64,000 bases of DNA from Takakia lepidozioides (GCA_030704615.1 CM060734.1:58776001-58840000), one strand, 5' to 3'; numbered from the stretch's first letter, positions 51,439 through 64,000 are shown. Notes: a model not told the origin generated them from the letters alone. Program-made: numbers and translations.

Positions 51439-54400
51439 TATTACGGACATAGCCGAGAGGAACTTACCAGGAATAAGCACCAGAAGTTACCAAGCTACTA
51501 TGTTATCGAAAGTTACCGTGATCTACTATGATCTACCATGATTTACCATAAATTATCATAAGTTATCAAGTTACCGGGAGTTTACCAAATTATCGAGAGT
51601 AACTTGGGAAACTGCTCATGAAGCTTCTTTTGGAGAAAATTTCTCCATCAAGAAACCTCATTTGGGGAAGCCTCTTAGAGAACCTCCTAGTAGCCAGTAT
51701 ATATAGGAAGCGAGACTGGACATTCTTCAGTCTCGCCAACACAAGTTCAAGCTCCTCTTGTTCCCAGTCCAGTACTCCAGTCCAGCTTCCAATATCTAGT
51801 CAAGTTTCCAGTATCTGATACTCTAGTCCAGTTTCCAGCATTCTAGTATTCGAGTCGAGTTCCAGTATCTTGTACTCTTGTCCATTGTTATAAAGACCAT
51901 CTTTATCCACCATGCATTCGGCCACGCCGACCTTGACTTCTTGTCTAGTCTTGTACCTCTAGTCTGATCTCTTGTTTGTGTTCAGTCATGTTCTCGTCTT
52001 TGACAGTTTGGCGAGACTAAAGTTTATTCCTTAGTTAGTTAAGATGAAAGGCACATTTACGGAAATGGTCGCCACATTGCAGAGTCTTCAGCTCTAGATA
52101 CAAGAACTTCGTATCTCTACCGTCCAATTACAAGCTGATCAGTCTCAAGATCTTGACAACGCTCTCCACAATTTGCAACAACAAATTTTAGAATTAAATG
52201 AGTTGAACAATGGATCTCAACCATACGAGTCTTTATTGCAACAACTCTTACTGCAACGGTTCATCTTCAACAGATTACGAGAGAACCAAAGATCAACATG
52301 CCCGAGAAATTTGATGAGACGATATCAAGATTTCGCGGTTTTGTTCAACAAATACGACTATTCATACGACTACATCCACAACATTACCCCGATGAAGGTA
52401 TTCAAGTGGGATTCGTGGGCACCCTTCTATCAGGCACTGCCCTATCTTGGTTTGCACCGCTATTAGAAAAAAATTCGCATTTACTATACAATTTTGAAGC
52501 ATTCATGTCCGAGTTCACTGCAACGTTTGGAGAAAATGATAGGGAGAGAGTTGCAGAGACAAAGATGCAAAATCTTCGACAAGGAGCACGTCCTGCTTCC
52601 GTTTATGCTGCCAAATTTCGACAACTTGCGTACGATATCGACTGGAATGAGAAGAGCCTCATTAGTCAGTTTCGATGTGGACTAAAAAATGATGTAAAAG
52701 ATTTGATGCTGACAATGCCAAACGTGAGCACATTGAGCGAATTCATCATCCAAGTCATTGCATGCGATAATCGTTTGTTCGAAAGACGTCAAGAGAAGCG
52801 ATCTGGATGGTCGATGACGCATCATACCGCTGCTACTACGACACCAAACACAACGATCTATCAGACATCCGGTAGTGATCATATGCAAATTGATGTTGTC
52901 CGATTCAAGCCATTGACGCCACAAGAAAAACAAAGACGACGCTCGAATGGATTATGCCTCTATTGCGGAGAAGAAGATCACATAGCATTAAACTGCCCCA
53001 ACAAGAGAAGATTCAAAGTTCGGGGCGCAACTCAAGTGTTCGATACGAAGAGGTCGGAAAACGAAGATGTCCAGTTACAGTAGGGACCATGCGGTTGGAC
53101 ACCACAAATTCCTCACAAAAAAAAAATCTATTTCTACCTCCAGACCCTGCACCTTGCTTCATAGTTCCAGTAAAAATCATAGTGCAAAATCAAGATATCT
53201 CTGTAAAAGCACTTTTGAATTCAGGGGCTTCAGCATCTTTTATTGACAAAAACTTTGCGAAGCAACACAATTTAACGCTCGTAATGAAGAAACTCTCGGC
53301 CCCGTTGAAATCATCGATGGACGACCGTTAGCATCAGGAAATATAGACCATGAATCTCGACCACTTGAAGTGAAGCTTGAAGATCAAGCATCACATATTG
53401 TTTTCAACGTCATCCAGTCTCCAACGAATCCTGTGATCCTTGGAGAACCAATCAGTTTCCTTGTCTTGCAAAGAAGTGAGGTAGATGTTCTTGGTGGCAG
53501 AGAAGAAAGAGTTGGATAAATAATGCAATCTCTCTTGCTGTCTTGCTAACCAAGACCATCAAGTAACTGAGGCTTCTGAAAGTTGAACCTTTCGTACTTC
53601 ACAATCCTGACATTGACTAGCGATCGCGAAAAATTTCTACAAGACAAAAATATAGAAATATCAAAGGTATTCAACCCATGTTCCTTGGAGCTAGAGCTTT
53701 CATGAGAGTTACCAAAAATGATGCAGCTTTTGCCCAACAGAAATCCATCATCTTGAAACCAGCAAATCTCCAATTGAATATGTTATCCATGTCCACCTAT
53801 GACGATGCAAAGATCATAAAAGAAATTCAGGAAGCATTGAAGAGCGACCAATTTGCAACGACACTACGAAGTCAACTAAATCGACCTCGAGACAACCCAC
53901 ATGCTACAAACGACTTCGAATTCAAAGATGACTTACTTTATTTCAAGGGACTGCTCTATGTACCTCCAGGACCTACACGACTGCGAATTCTTCAAACATG
54001 TCATGATCTTCTGGCTGCAGGACATTTCGGCTTCAAAAAAACAATGGAATTGATATCCAAGGACTATTGGTGGCCGCAGATGTGGAAATTTTGTGAAAGA
54101 ATTTATAAAATCTTGCGACATGTGTGCTAGAGCGAAGGGACCACGACATCAACCTTACGGCCTTCTTCAACCATTACCCATTCCCAATGGTCCATGGTCG
54201 TCCGTGTCTATGGACTTTATTACGGACCTTCCAATTTCCAAGACCACCGATTCAATCCTTGTTATTGTAGATCGTTTTACAAAGATGACACATTTCATTC
54301 CATGTAATAAGACGGTTACCGGCGAGGAAACTGCAAGACTCTTCCTCAATAATATCTACCGCATTTATGCACTCCCGAAAGACATCGTATCTAATCGAGG

Positions 54401-55998
54401 ACCACAGTTCATATCAAATTTCTAGAGGGGATTATTTCACATATTAGATACTAAGATCAATCTCTCTACAGCTAATCATCCACAGAGTGATGATCAAACC
54501 GAACGCGTAAACCAGATTTTGGAGCAGTATCTTCGATGTATGATAAATTATCACCAAGATAATTGGACGGACCTTCTGTCATTGGCTGAGTTTGGCTACA
54601 ACAACACTATACATTCTTCGACCAAACAAACTCCATTTTTTTCCAATTATGGTCATCATCCTCGAGCAAACCCTTTCCACATGAAGACTGTTGAAAGCCA
54701 TGCTGCAGAAAACCTTGCTACTCATCTTGCTACGATTCACAATGAACTTACATTCCACCTCGCAAAAGCTCAAAAATAATACAAAGAGTATGCAGATCAA
54801 CATGTCAACTCCAACCCCAGTTTAAGGTTGGAGATCGTGTGTGGCTTTTTCGACATGACATACAAACCTCGCGACCATCAAGGAAGTTGGATTATCAACG
54901 CCTGGGACCATTCAAAATTATTCGACAAATAAATCTGGTCAGTTTTCGGCTGGAACTCCCACGAAGTATGCGCATCCATCCAGTCTTTCATGTTTCATTA
55001 TTGGAGTTGTATCATCCATCGAATATTCCAAGGAGAGTTTTCGTACCACCTCCACCAATCGAAGTCGATCAAGAAATCGAGTATGAAGTCGATGAAGTCA
55101 TAGACTCTCGCATCATGTATAAAGGTCTTGAGTATTTCGTACATTGGAAAGGCTATGACATTAGCGAATGAACGTAGGAACCTTCATCCAACCTTGCCAA
55201 TGCATCTGACAAAGTCCAAGAGTTTCATCAACGATATTCAGCTAAGCCCCGAGCTACACGTCAATAAGACGTCACAACGATGATGTCAGCCAAGTTAGCT
55301 TCAAGGTGAAGACTCCACATTCAGTGTATCTGATACACACTAAGGCGGGAGGTTCTCCAACTCTAAGCAAATCCAAGATTTTACCGCTCCTCGATGAACT
55401 CGGCGCTAGAGGAGGGGGTGATGTCACAGACAAAGCCCAAAGGAACTTATCAGGAATAAATACCAGAAGTTACCAAGTTATCATGTTATCGAAAGTTACC
55501 GTGATCAACCATGATCTACCATGATTTACCATAAGTTATCATTAGTTACCAAGTTACCGGGAGTTTACCAAATTACCGAGAGTAACTTGGGAAACTGCTC
55601 AGGAAGCTTCCTTTGGAGGAAACTTCTCCATCAAGAAACCTCATTTGGGGAAGCCTCTTAGGGAACCTCCTAGTAGCCAGTATATATAGGAGGCGAGACT
55701 GGACACTCTTCAATCTCGCCAACACAAGTTCAAGCTACTCTTGTTCCCAGTCCAGTACTCCAGTCCAGCTTCCAATATCTAGTCCAGTTTCCAGGATCTG
55801 GTACTTCAGTCCAGTTTCCAGCATTTCAGTATTCGAGTCGAGTTCCAGTATCTTGTACTCCTGTCCATTGTTATAAAGATCATCTTGATTTATGTTTATC
55901 CACCATGCATTTGGCCACGCCGACCTTGATTTCTTGTCTAGTCTTGTACCTCTAGTCTGATCTCTTGTTTGTGTTCAGTCATGTTCTTGTCCTTGACA
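51439..55998 (+). mobile_element. Tcn1-like chromoviral Ty3/Gypsy LTR retrotransposon with RT/RNase H deleted
   Basis: LTRs 51439-52005 and 55422-55998, TSD ATATC on both sides, PPT AGAGGAGGGGG. Order: gag, PR (LLNSGAS), INT (VSMDFITDLP), chromodomain (EYEVDEVIDSR...YFVHWKGY). Confidence 0.95.
52298..53083 (+). CDS. Gag of Tcn1-like element (open part)
   Basis: MPEKFD...F, LLSGTALSWF, LRQG, CCHC knuckle CLYCGEEDHIALNC. Confidence 0.88.
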   Translation: MPEKFDETISRFRGFVQQIRLFIRLHPQHYPDEGIQVGFVGTLLSGTALSWFAPLLEKNSHLLYNFEAFMSEFTATFGENDRERVAETKMQNLRQGARPASVYAAKFRQLAYDIDWNEKSLISQFRCGLKNDVKDLMLTMPNVSTLSEFIIQVIACDNRLFERRQEKRSGWSMTHHTAATTTPNTTIYQTSGSDHMQIDVVRFKPLTPQEKQRRRSNGLCLYCGEEDHIALNCPNKRRFKVRGATQVFDTKRSENEDVQLQ

Positions 55999-56657
55999 AT
56001 ATCAATGAAGGTGGGTTGCTCCTGAAAACTGTACCTGAGAAGATGAGTACACAAATTCAAATTGCGTATTCTATGCAACAAATGTCTCCCAACAATCGCG
56101 ATTTGACAACCAACTTCATCTCGTGCCTGGAGGAAGAATGAGCGCAGTGGTTCACCGCGCCACTTGTCAGGGACAACAGCCTCAAGGCGTGTTGATCTCC
56201 TATCACTCGCAAGATTGCAACTCTATTCTCATGTACGTACTTCAACCAGCTCTTTCTCTTGTTTTTTTTAATCACGTGATGCGATACTTTAGTACGAGCA
56301 GTTTTCAAGAGCTTGCGCCGGTGGATGCGCATTGTCCTTCGCACAAAGGACAATGCCCTCTTGCCTCTTGCATCTTTTTCCCACTCCTCTTTTTCTCCTT
56401 GCTTCTCTCTTGCGTCATCTCCATCCATTTCTTCTTCTTCTTCATTTTCTTAGGTCATCTAATTTTTTAAGTAACATTTCCGACCGACATTATCTTCCAG
56501 ATATCTGATTTTCTTGGCAAGCTCTGTTTTCCTTTTATTGTTTGCATCTTCTTCCCACAAGCTCTCCACATGGATACTTGTTTGATAAATAATCGTTTTT
56601 CCAGAACAGTTTGGAAAGGCTGCGTAATCTGCTCCAACTTTCAGAGGTGACCATACA

Positions 56658-56911
56658 TGTCAAGGACGAGAACATGACTGAACACAATCAAGAGATCAGA
56701 CTAGAGATACAAGACTAGACAAGAAGTCAAGGTCGGCGTGGCCGTATGCACGATGAGTAAATAGAAATCAAGACGATCTTTATAACAATGAACAAGAGTA
56801 CAAGATATTGGAACACGACTTGAATACTTGAATGCTGGAAACTGGACTGGAGTACCAGATACTGGAAACTGGGCTAGAGTACTGGGAACTGGAAACAAGA
56901 GTAGCTTGAGT
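56658..56911 (-). mobile_element. Partial LTR of a third Tcn1-like copy, into which the minus-strand element inserted
   Basis: Begins TGTCAAGGACGAGAACATGAC, matches the LTR 3' half, and breaks off where the next LTR starts at 56912. Confidence 0.75.
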
Positions 56912-59900
56912 TGTCAAGGACGAGAACATGACTAAAACACAAACAAAAGATCAGATTAGAGGTACAAGGGCAGAAGCATGCTACAATGACTCACTTTACG
57001 AAATTTTTGTCCAGTCTAAACTAGTCTACTTTCGTTTATATCTTTTTTTATAGGAACATTAAATTAGGTGTTGCAATTTATTTTTGTTGTCAACTCAATT
57101 TGAGATCACCCAAAAATTGGTTTCCAGACAAAGTTGTTGTGTTTTGAAGATGAAAAACGAGAGTAAGATTAGAGTAGACTAGACAAAAGTGAGCCACTGT
57201 AACATGCTTCTACCATAAGACTAGACAAGAAGTCAAGGTCGGCATGGCCGAATGCATGGTGGATAAACATGAATCAAGATGATCTTTATAAGAATGGACA
57301 AGAGTACAAGATACTAGAACTCGACTCGAATACTGGAATGCTGGAAACTGGACTAGATACTGGAAGCTGGACTGAAGTACTGGACTGGGAACAAGAGTAG
57401 CTTGAACTTGTGTTGGCGAGACTGAAGAATGTCCAGTCTCGCCTCCTATATATATTGGCTACTAGGAGGTTCCCTAAGAAGCTTCCCCAAATGAGGTTTC
57501 TTGATGGAGAAATTTCCTCCAAATAAAGCTTCCTGAGCAGTTTCCCAAGTTACTCTCGGTAATTTGGTAAACTCCCGGTAACTTGATAACTTGATAACAT
57601 ATTGTAATTTATGGTAAATCATGGTAGATCATGGTAGATCACGGTAACTTTTGGTAACATGATAACTTAGTAACTTGTGGTATTTATTCCCAGTAAGTTC
57701 ATCTGGGCTATGTCCGTGACATCACCCATTCCTTTAGAGCCGAGGAGCGGTAAAATCTTGGACTTACTTAGAGTTGGAGAACCTCCCTCCTTAGTGTGTA
57801 TTAGATAAACTGAATGTGAAATCTTCACCTTGAAGCTAACTTGGCTGACATCATTGGTGTGACGTCTTATTGACGTGTAGCTCGGGGCTTAGCTGAATAT
57901 CGTTGATGAAACTCTTGAACTTTGTTGAATGCATTGGCAAGGTTGGATAAAGGTTCCCACGTTCGTTCGCTGATGTCGTAGCCTTTCCAATGTAAGAAAT
58001 ATTCAAGACATTTATACTTGATGCGAAAGTCTAGGACTTCGCCGACTTCATACTTGATTTCCTGATTGACTTCGATTGGTGGAGGTGGTACGGAGACTCT
58101 CCCTGGAATATTCGATGGATGATACAACTCCAATAATGAAACATGAAAGACTGGATGGATGCGCATATTTCGTGGGAGGTCAAGCCGAAAACTGACCGGA
58201 TTCATTTGTCGAATAATTTTGAATGGTCTCATGCGTTGATAATCCAACTTCTTTGATGGTCGCGAGGTTTGTATGTCCCGTCGAAGAAGCCACACACGAT
58301 CTCCGACCTTGAACTGGGGTTGGAGTTGGCGATGTTGATCTGCATACTCCTTGTATTGTTTTTGAGCTTCTGCGAGGTAGAATATAAGCTCCTTGTGAAT
58401 CGTAGCAAGATGAGTAGCAAGGTTTTCTGCAACAGGGCTTCCAATAGTCTTAATGTGAAAAGGGTTTGCTCGAGGACGATGACCATAATTGGAGAAAAAT
58501 GGAATTTGCTTGGTCGAAGAATGTATAGTGTTGTTGTAGCCAAACTCAGCCAATGACAGAAGGTCCGTCGAATTATCTTAGAGATAATTTATTGTACAGC
58601 GAAGATACTGTTCCAAAATCTGATTTACACGTTCGGTTTGACCACCAGTCTGTGGATGATTAGCTGTAGATAGATTGATCTTAGTATCCAATATGTGAAA
58701 TAATCCCCTCCAAAAATTTGATATGAACTGTGGTCCTCAATCAGATACGATGTCCTTAAGGAGTCCATGAATGCGGTAGATATTATTAAGGAAGACTCTT
58801 GCAGTTTCCTCACCGGTAACCATCTTATTACATGGAATGAAATGTGCCATCTTTGTAAAACGATCTATAATAACAAGTATTGAATCGGTGGTCTTGGAAA
58901 TTGGAAGGTCCGTGATAAAGTCCATAGACACGGACGACCATGGACCATTTGGAATGGGTAATGGTTGAAGAAGGCCATAAGGTCGATGTCGTGGTCCGTT
59001 CGCTCTAGCACATGTGTCGCAAGATTTTATAAATTCTTTCACGAGTTTCCACATTTGCGGCCACCAATAGTCCTTGGATATCAATTCAATTGTTTTATTG
59101 AAGCCGAAATATCCTGCAGCCGGAAGATCATGACATGTTTGAAGAATTCGCAGTCGTGTAAGTCCTGGAGGTACATAGAGAAATCTCTTGAAATAAAGTA
59201 AATCATCTTTGAATTCGAAGTCGTTTATAACATGTGGGTTGTCTCGAGGTCGATTTAGTTGACTTCGTAGTATCGTAGCAAATTGGTCGCTCTTCAGTGC
59301 TTTTTGAATCTCTTTTATGATATCTGCATCGTCATAGGTGGACATGGATAGCATATTCAATTGGAGATTTGTTGGTTTCAAGATGATGGATTTCTGTTGG
59401 TCAAAAGCTGCATCCCCTTCTTTTGGCGCAAGATACGATCGTCGAGAAAGAGCATCTGGTTTTCCTTGAAGATGTCCGGCACAGTAGGTAATAATAAAAT
59501 CAAACATTGCTACTGACATACTCCATCTCGCTTGACGTCGATTCAAAACACGACCACTCATAAAATACTCGAGGTTTTTGTGATCGGTATAGACAGTGAC
59601 TTGATGTGTTGCTCCCTCTAATAGATGACGTCACTCCTCAAAAACATTGATAATCGCTAGAAGTTCTTTGTCGTGAATTTCATAATTGATCTCCGCAGCG
59701 GAAAATTTGCGAGAACGAAAACCAACAAGGTGGAGTCGGCCATCGGTACCATATTAAGAGAGTACCGTGTCAAGTGCAAGATCCGATGCATCTGCTTCCA
59801 AAAAGAATGGTTTAGATGGGTCTGCATGTACCAGTATTGGAGCCGTTGTAAATGTCTGCTTCAGACTTTCAAATGTGTGGTCAGCCTTCTCGTCCCATAC

Positions 59901-61752
59901 AAATTTGTCCTTTCATGTGAGTCGTGTCAATGATGCAGCAATTTTGGAATAGTCTTTGATGAAGATTCTATAGAAATTTGCAAATCCCAAAAAACATTGT
60001 ACATCTCGGACTGAAGTTGGTTTAATCCACTCGATGACGGTTTGTATTTTCTTCTGATCCATAAAGACGCCTTTGTCGGAAATAATATAGCCCAGAAATT
60101 CGACTTCAGATTTAGGAAAAGACATTTTTTCAACTTGGCATATAGTCATCTTTCTCTTAATCTATCAAAGACAAGGCGTACACTGCGGCCATGTTCTTCT
60201 TCATTCTGTGAAAATATCAAAATGTCGTCCAAATAGATGACTACAAAGTTATCTAAAAATTCTCGAAAGATGTCATTCATCATATGTTGGAAAATTGCTG
60301 GAGCATTTGTAAGACCGAAAGGCATAACACTGTATTCAAAATGTCCATATCTTGTTCGAAAAGTTGTTTTCCATTCGTCTCTTTCTTTTATCCGTACAAA
60401 GTTACAGGCTCATCTCAAGTCAATTTTTGTAAAAATCTTCGCTCGTCCCAGTTAGTCGAGAAGCCCAGAAATCGGCGGCAACGGATAACGATTATTAATT
60501 GTGACTTTGTTGAGATCGTGATAGTCCACACACATGCGTAATGATCCGTCCTTCTTTTTCACAAACAAGATAGACGCCCTCGCAGGTGATTTTAAATGTC
60601 GGATGAAGTTCTTTGACAAATTTTCATCAATGTACGCACGTAGTGCAGCCAACTCCGTCTGGGATAAATTATAGATTGGGCCAAATGGTGGTTGGGCTCC
60701 TTCTTGTAACTCAATTGCACAGTCATAAGGTCGATGTTCTGACAATATATCTGCATTTTTATTCTCGAAAACATCCTTGAAATCTTGATATTGATTGGGT
60801 AATGTCGAAGTACCTTTGTCTGTTGTGGTCTTGATCGGAGTCGCATAGAGTGCAAATGTCGCATTGTTTTTGGTAGCTCTCATGAAAGCTCTAGCTCCAA
60901 AGAACAGGGGTTGAATACCTTTGATATTTCTACATTTTTGTCTTGCAGAAATTTTTCGCGATCGTCAGTCGATGTCAGGATTGTGAAGTACGAACCAGGG
61001 AAGTCCAAGGATCATAGGATTCGTTGGAGACTGGATGACGTTGAAAACAATATGTGATGTTTGATCTTCAAGCTTCACTTCAAGTGGTCGAGTTTCATGG
61101 TCAACATTTCCTTATGCTAACGGTCGTCCAATATCGATGACTTCAACGGGGCCCAAGAGTTTCTTCTTTACAAGCGTTAAATTGTGTTGTTTCGCAAAGT
61201 TTTTGTCAATAAAACATGCTGAAGCCCCTGAGTCCAAAAGTGCTTCTACAGAGATATCTCGATTTTGCACTCTGATTTTTACCGGAACTGTGAAGCAAGG
61301 TGCAGGGTCTGGAGGTAGAAATAGACCTTTTTTGGTGAGGAATTTGTGGTGTCCAACCGCATGGTCCCTACTGTAACTGGACATCTTCGTTTTCCGACCT
61401 CCTCGTATCGAACACTTGAGTTGCGCCCCGAGCTTTGAATTTTCATTTGTTGGGGCAGTTTCATGCTATGTGATCTTCTTCTTCGCAATAGAGGCATAAT
61501 CCATTCGAGCGTCGGCTTTGTTTTTCTTGTGGCGTCAATGGCTTGAATCGGACAGCATCAATCTGCATAAGACCACTACCGGATGTCTGATGGATTGTTG
61601 TGTTTGGTGCCATAGTAACAGCGGCATGATGCGTCGTCGACCATCTAGATCGCTTATTTTGACGTCTTTCGAACAAACGATTATCGCATGCAATGACTTG
61701 GGTGATGAATTCGCTCAGTGTACTCACGTTTGGCATTGTCAGCAGCAAATCT
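56912..61752 (-). mobile_element. Second Tcn1-like chromovirus, 5'-truncated within gag
   Basis: 3' LTR 56912-57721. PR LLDSGAS; [22 protein letters not shown]; RNase H; INT; chromodomain. Homology stops at ~61752 against an AT-rich block. Confidence 0.93.
56968..57215. mobile_element. Tourist-like MITE inserted in an LTR
   Basis: ~30-bp imperfect TIRs (ggcagaagcatgctacaatgactcacttt / aaagtgagccactgtaacatgcttctacc), 3-bp CAA/TAA flanks. Absent from the sister LTRs. Confidence 0.8.
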
Positions 61753-62736
61753 TTAAATTTTAAATTTAAATTTAATTTAATTTTAAAAACTAAAAAATTA
61801 AAAACATATGTCGGATGCCGCGTCGCACCGCATTGTGCCACGTGGCATAATGTATTTTTATAATAATGAAAAAACCATGCGGCAGCTCATCTAGGCTACC
61901 ACGTGCTATCCCTAGCTCGCCTACTAACCCTAGGGCCATCTTATCCATTTGATTGTACTTAGAGGAGTTTGAACCTGCAACCTCTTTACTATAAGAGTTA
62001 TAGTTCACTACCTGCTAACCAATACACCCATTAGTCATTCATGTGATCATATGGTGTTTTAATTGTACTAGGGCTTCGCGTTGCTCCGCACTACTAGCGA
62101 CAAATTCTGATAACTATGTTCAATTTTTTACAAAAAAAAGGCTGGGTCATCCCCACGGTGGTTATTGCAGAGATCCCGTGTTTTGTTTTTTTCTGGAAGA
62201 AAAATGGCGGATCTGTATTTCAACATTCAATTTTCACAAGCCGCATCAATCAATAACTACATACCCAAATACCCTTACATTCACTATATGAACTTTCTAA
62301 GCATCCACCATGGGATTGGATCTTGGTGGGTTAAGGCTAGCTTTTGACAATATTCATGCAAGTTCATCAAGGGCTCCATCCAAAGCCACACCACGAGAAA
62401 CAAACACATGTCCAAATTTAAGATGCTGAACAAACTTGTGCACAGGGCTGCCCCTCTCATCAAGCTCATTAAAATTCGTATTCACTTCCAACTTCAAGCT
62501 TTGGAGAAGCTCCACCACCCAAACCCAGAATTAGGTCAGCACTTTGATTTCCATCCACTGTCACCATAATTAGTCAAAAATCACCCCTTCAGTCAAGTGC
62601 AATTATGGGCTGACTTCCCACCTATGTCGGGTAGACCCCACTATCATTTCCTATAGATTTATGGCACAGGAAATGCACTCAACAGTACATCATGGTCAAT
62701 ACTTTCGGGAAATGGTGGATGGTGTGAGTAGTTAAG

Positions 62737-64000
62737 TCACAGATCAATGAATGAAGCAAGCGTCCTTGAGATGAATTTGGTGGAGGTGTGGCAGTCACCA
62801 CACACTCGAGGATTCTTGATGAGACGGAGAGGCGTCCTAGGGGTCATGCTGATCAGCCCAAAACCAATGGCCAGCTTCTTACTGTGGTGGCAAAGAGAAA
62901 ATTCATTTTCCTCCTCCCCACATCATGCAATACAAAGCACATGTTAAGCACATACCCCGCCTCCTTCATCTTCCCAGACAATCTTCTCAGCTCAGCATGG
63001 ATTTCCTTAATTCTGGGATGCAACTTGTCATCTACAACGAAGGTGTGCACCCTGTTGCAAACCTCAATGCAGCAGCGACCTGGCTCATTTTCAACCCGTC
63101 TGACCTTCATCATTCTTCTCACCTTTACAGTATCAATCCACCTGCTAGCTGCAGCATAGATGTTTGATAGCAACATAAGTCACGGCATCCTGTTCATTCC
63201 ACTTGAGGATAGATGTTGCCGCACGTTGAGCCATCTCTACATTGTCATGGATTCTACAGGCACTAAACAAGGCCTTCCACACCACAACATCTGGATTGAT
63301 TGACATTTTATTAATCAGGTCCACTGCCTCATCCAGTTGTCATGCACGTCCAAGAAGGTTCACCATGCAGCCAAAGTGTTATACTGTCGGAGTGACACCA
63401 TGATCTTGAATCAGGGAATCGGAGTAGCATCTATCTTCATTCAGAAGGCCAGTGTAGCTGCATGCAGAGAGAACACATTCTTTCAAGCCGTTCTTTTGCA
63501 TTCCTTCAAATAGTTGCAGGACCTCCCTATGACAACCATGTTGTGCATATCCTGCGATCATTGCATTCCACAACACCACATCTCATTCAGCCATATTGTC
63601 GAACACTCCCTTTGCATCCTCCATGCACCCACATTTGGCATACATGTCCACCAGGGCAGAGTTCAGGATCACATCTGGTACAATTCTAGCTCTGACGATG
63701 TTGCCATGCACCTCTTTGCCCTTTTCCAGGGCTGCCAGGCTTGCACACGCACACAAACGTGATGTGGTCGGACTTCACCCCCGTCGCACATCATTTGCTC
63801 ATAGGTCTCCAAAGCCTCCATCCTACGTCCCTGTTGTGCATACCCTACAAGCACTGCACTCCACGACACCACATGTTGTTCAGCCTGCATACTGTTGAAA
63901 ACTACCTTTCACCCCTTCGTGCATCATTTGCTCATAGGTCTCTAAAGTATTCGTACCACACCCATGCATGGTAAATCCTGCCAACATTACATTCCACGTG
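62737..64000 (-). pseudogene. PLS-class PPR-E-DYW RNA-editing factor pseudogene (continues beyond the window)
   Basis: ALVDMYAKCG, VVLWNAMIAGYAQHG, E motif YVLLSNIYAAA, PG box EPGRCCIEV, HHSKKLAIGFGLI, RVCGDCH. Multiple stops and frameshifts; no terminal DYW. Confidence 0.9.

Noticed and set aside
62068-62098. Helitron 3' end (hairpin + CTAG)
   Set aside because: The hairpin is weak and no matching 5' TC terminus or AT target was identified.

Overview
Eukaryotic nuclear DNA, most likely from a non-seed land plant (spliceosomal introns, a PLS/DYW-type PPR, FATB, GT47, Tcn1-like chromoviruses). Host genes: 3' exons of an unknown gene, a GT47/exostosin glycosyltransferase (-), tRNA-Ile(AAT), a monoacylglycerol-lipase-like hydrolase (+), an acyl-ACP thioesterase (-) and a decayed PPR-DYW gene (-). 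The rest is nested transposons. The standout is a 16-kb Ty3/Gypsy element (17400-33443, minus strand). (i) Its pol carries a DNMT3-like C5-cytosine methyltransferase between protease and RT, and a PHD finger at the integrase C-terminus. (ii) Instead of two ordinary LTRs it has split direct repeats (B...A'-gc-B-A), the architecture of PAT/Ngaro tyrosine-recombinase elements, yet it encodes a DDE integrase and is flanked by a 4-bp TSD. (iii) It has a palindromic CA-GC-TG internal junction and a self-complementary, non-tRNA primer site. A 4.9-kb Pack-CACTA carrying PPR fragments interrupts it exactly at the start of the DNMT, and removing it restores the reading frame. Two related Tcn1-like chromoviruses lie tail-to-tail at 51.4-61.8 kb; one contains a 149-bp templated copy of sequence from 1.4-1.5 kb. 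All calls were made by eye without database searches. Family assignments rest on recognised motifs, and novelty is unverified.
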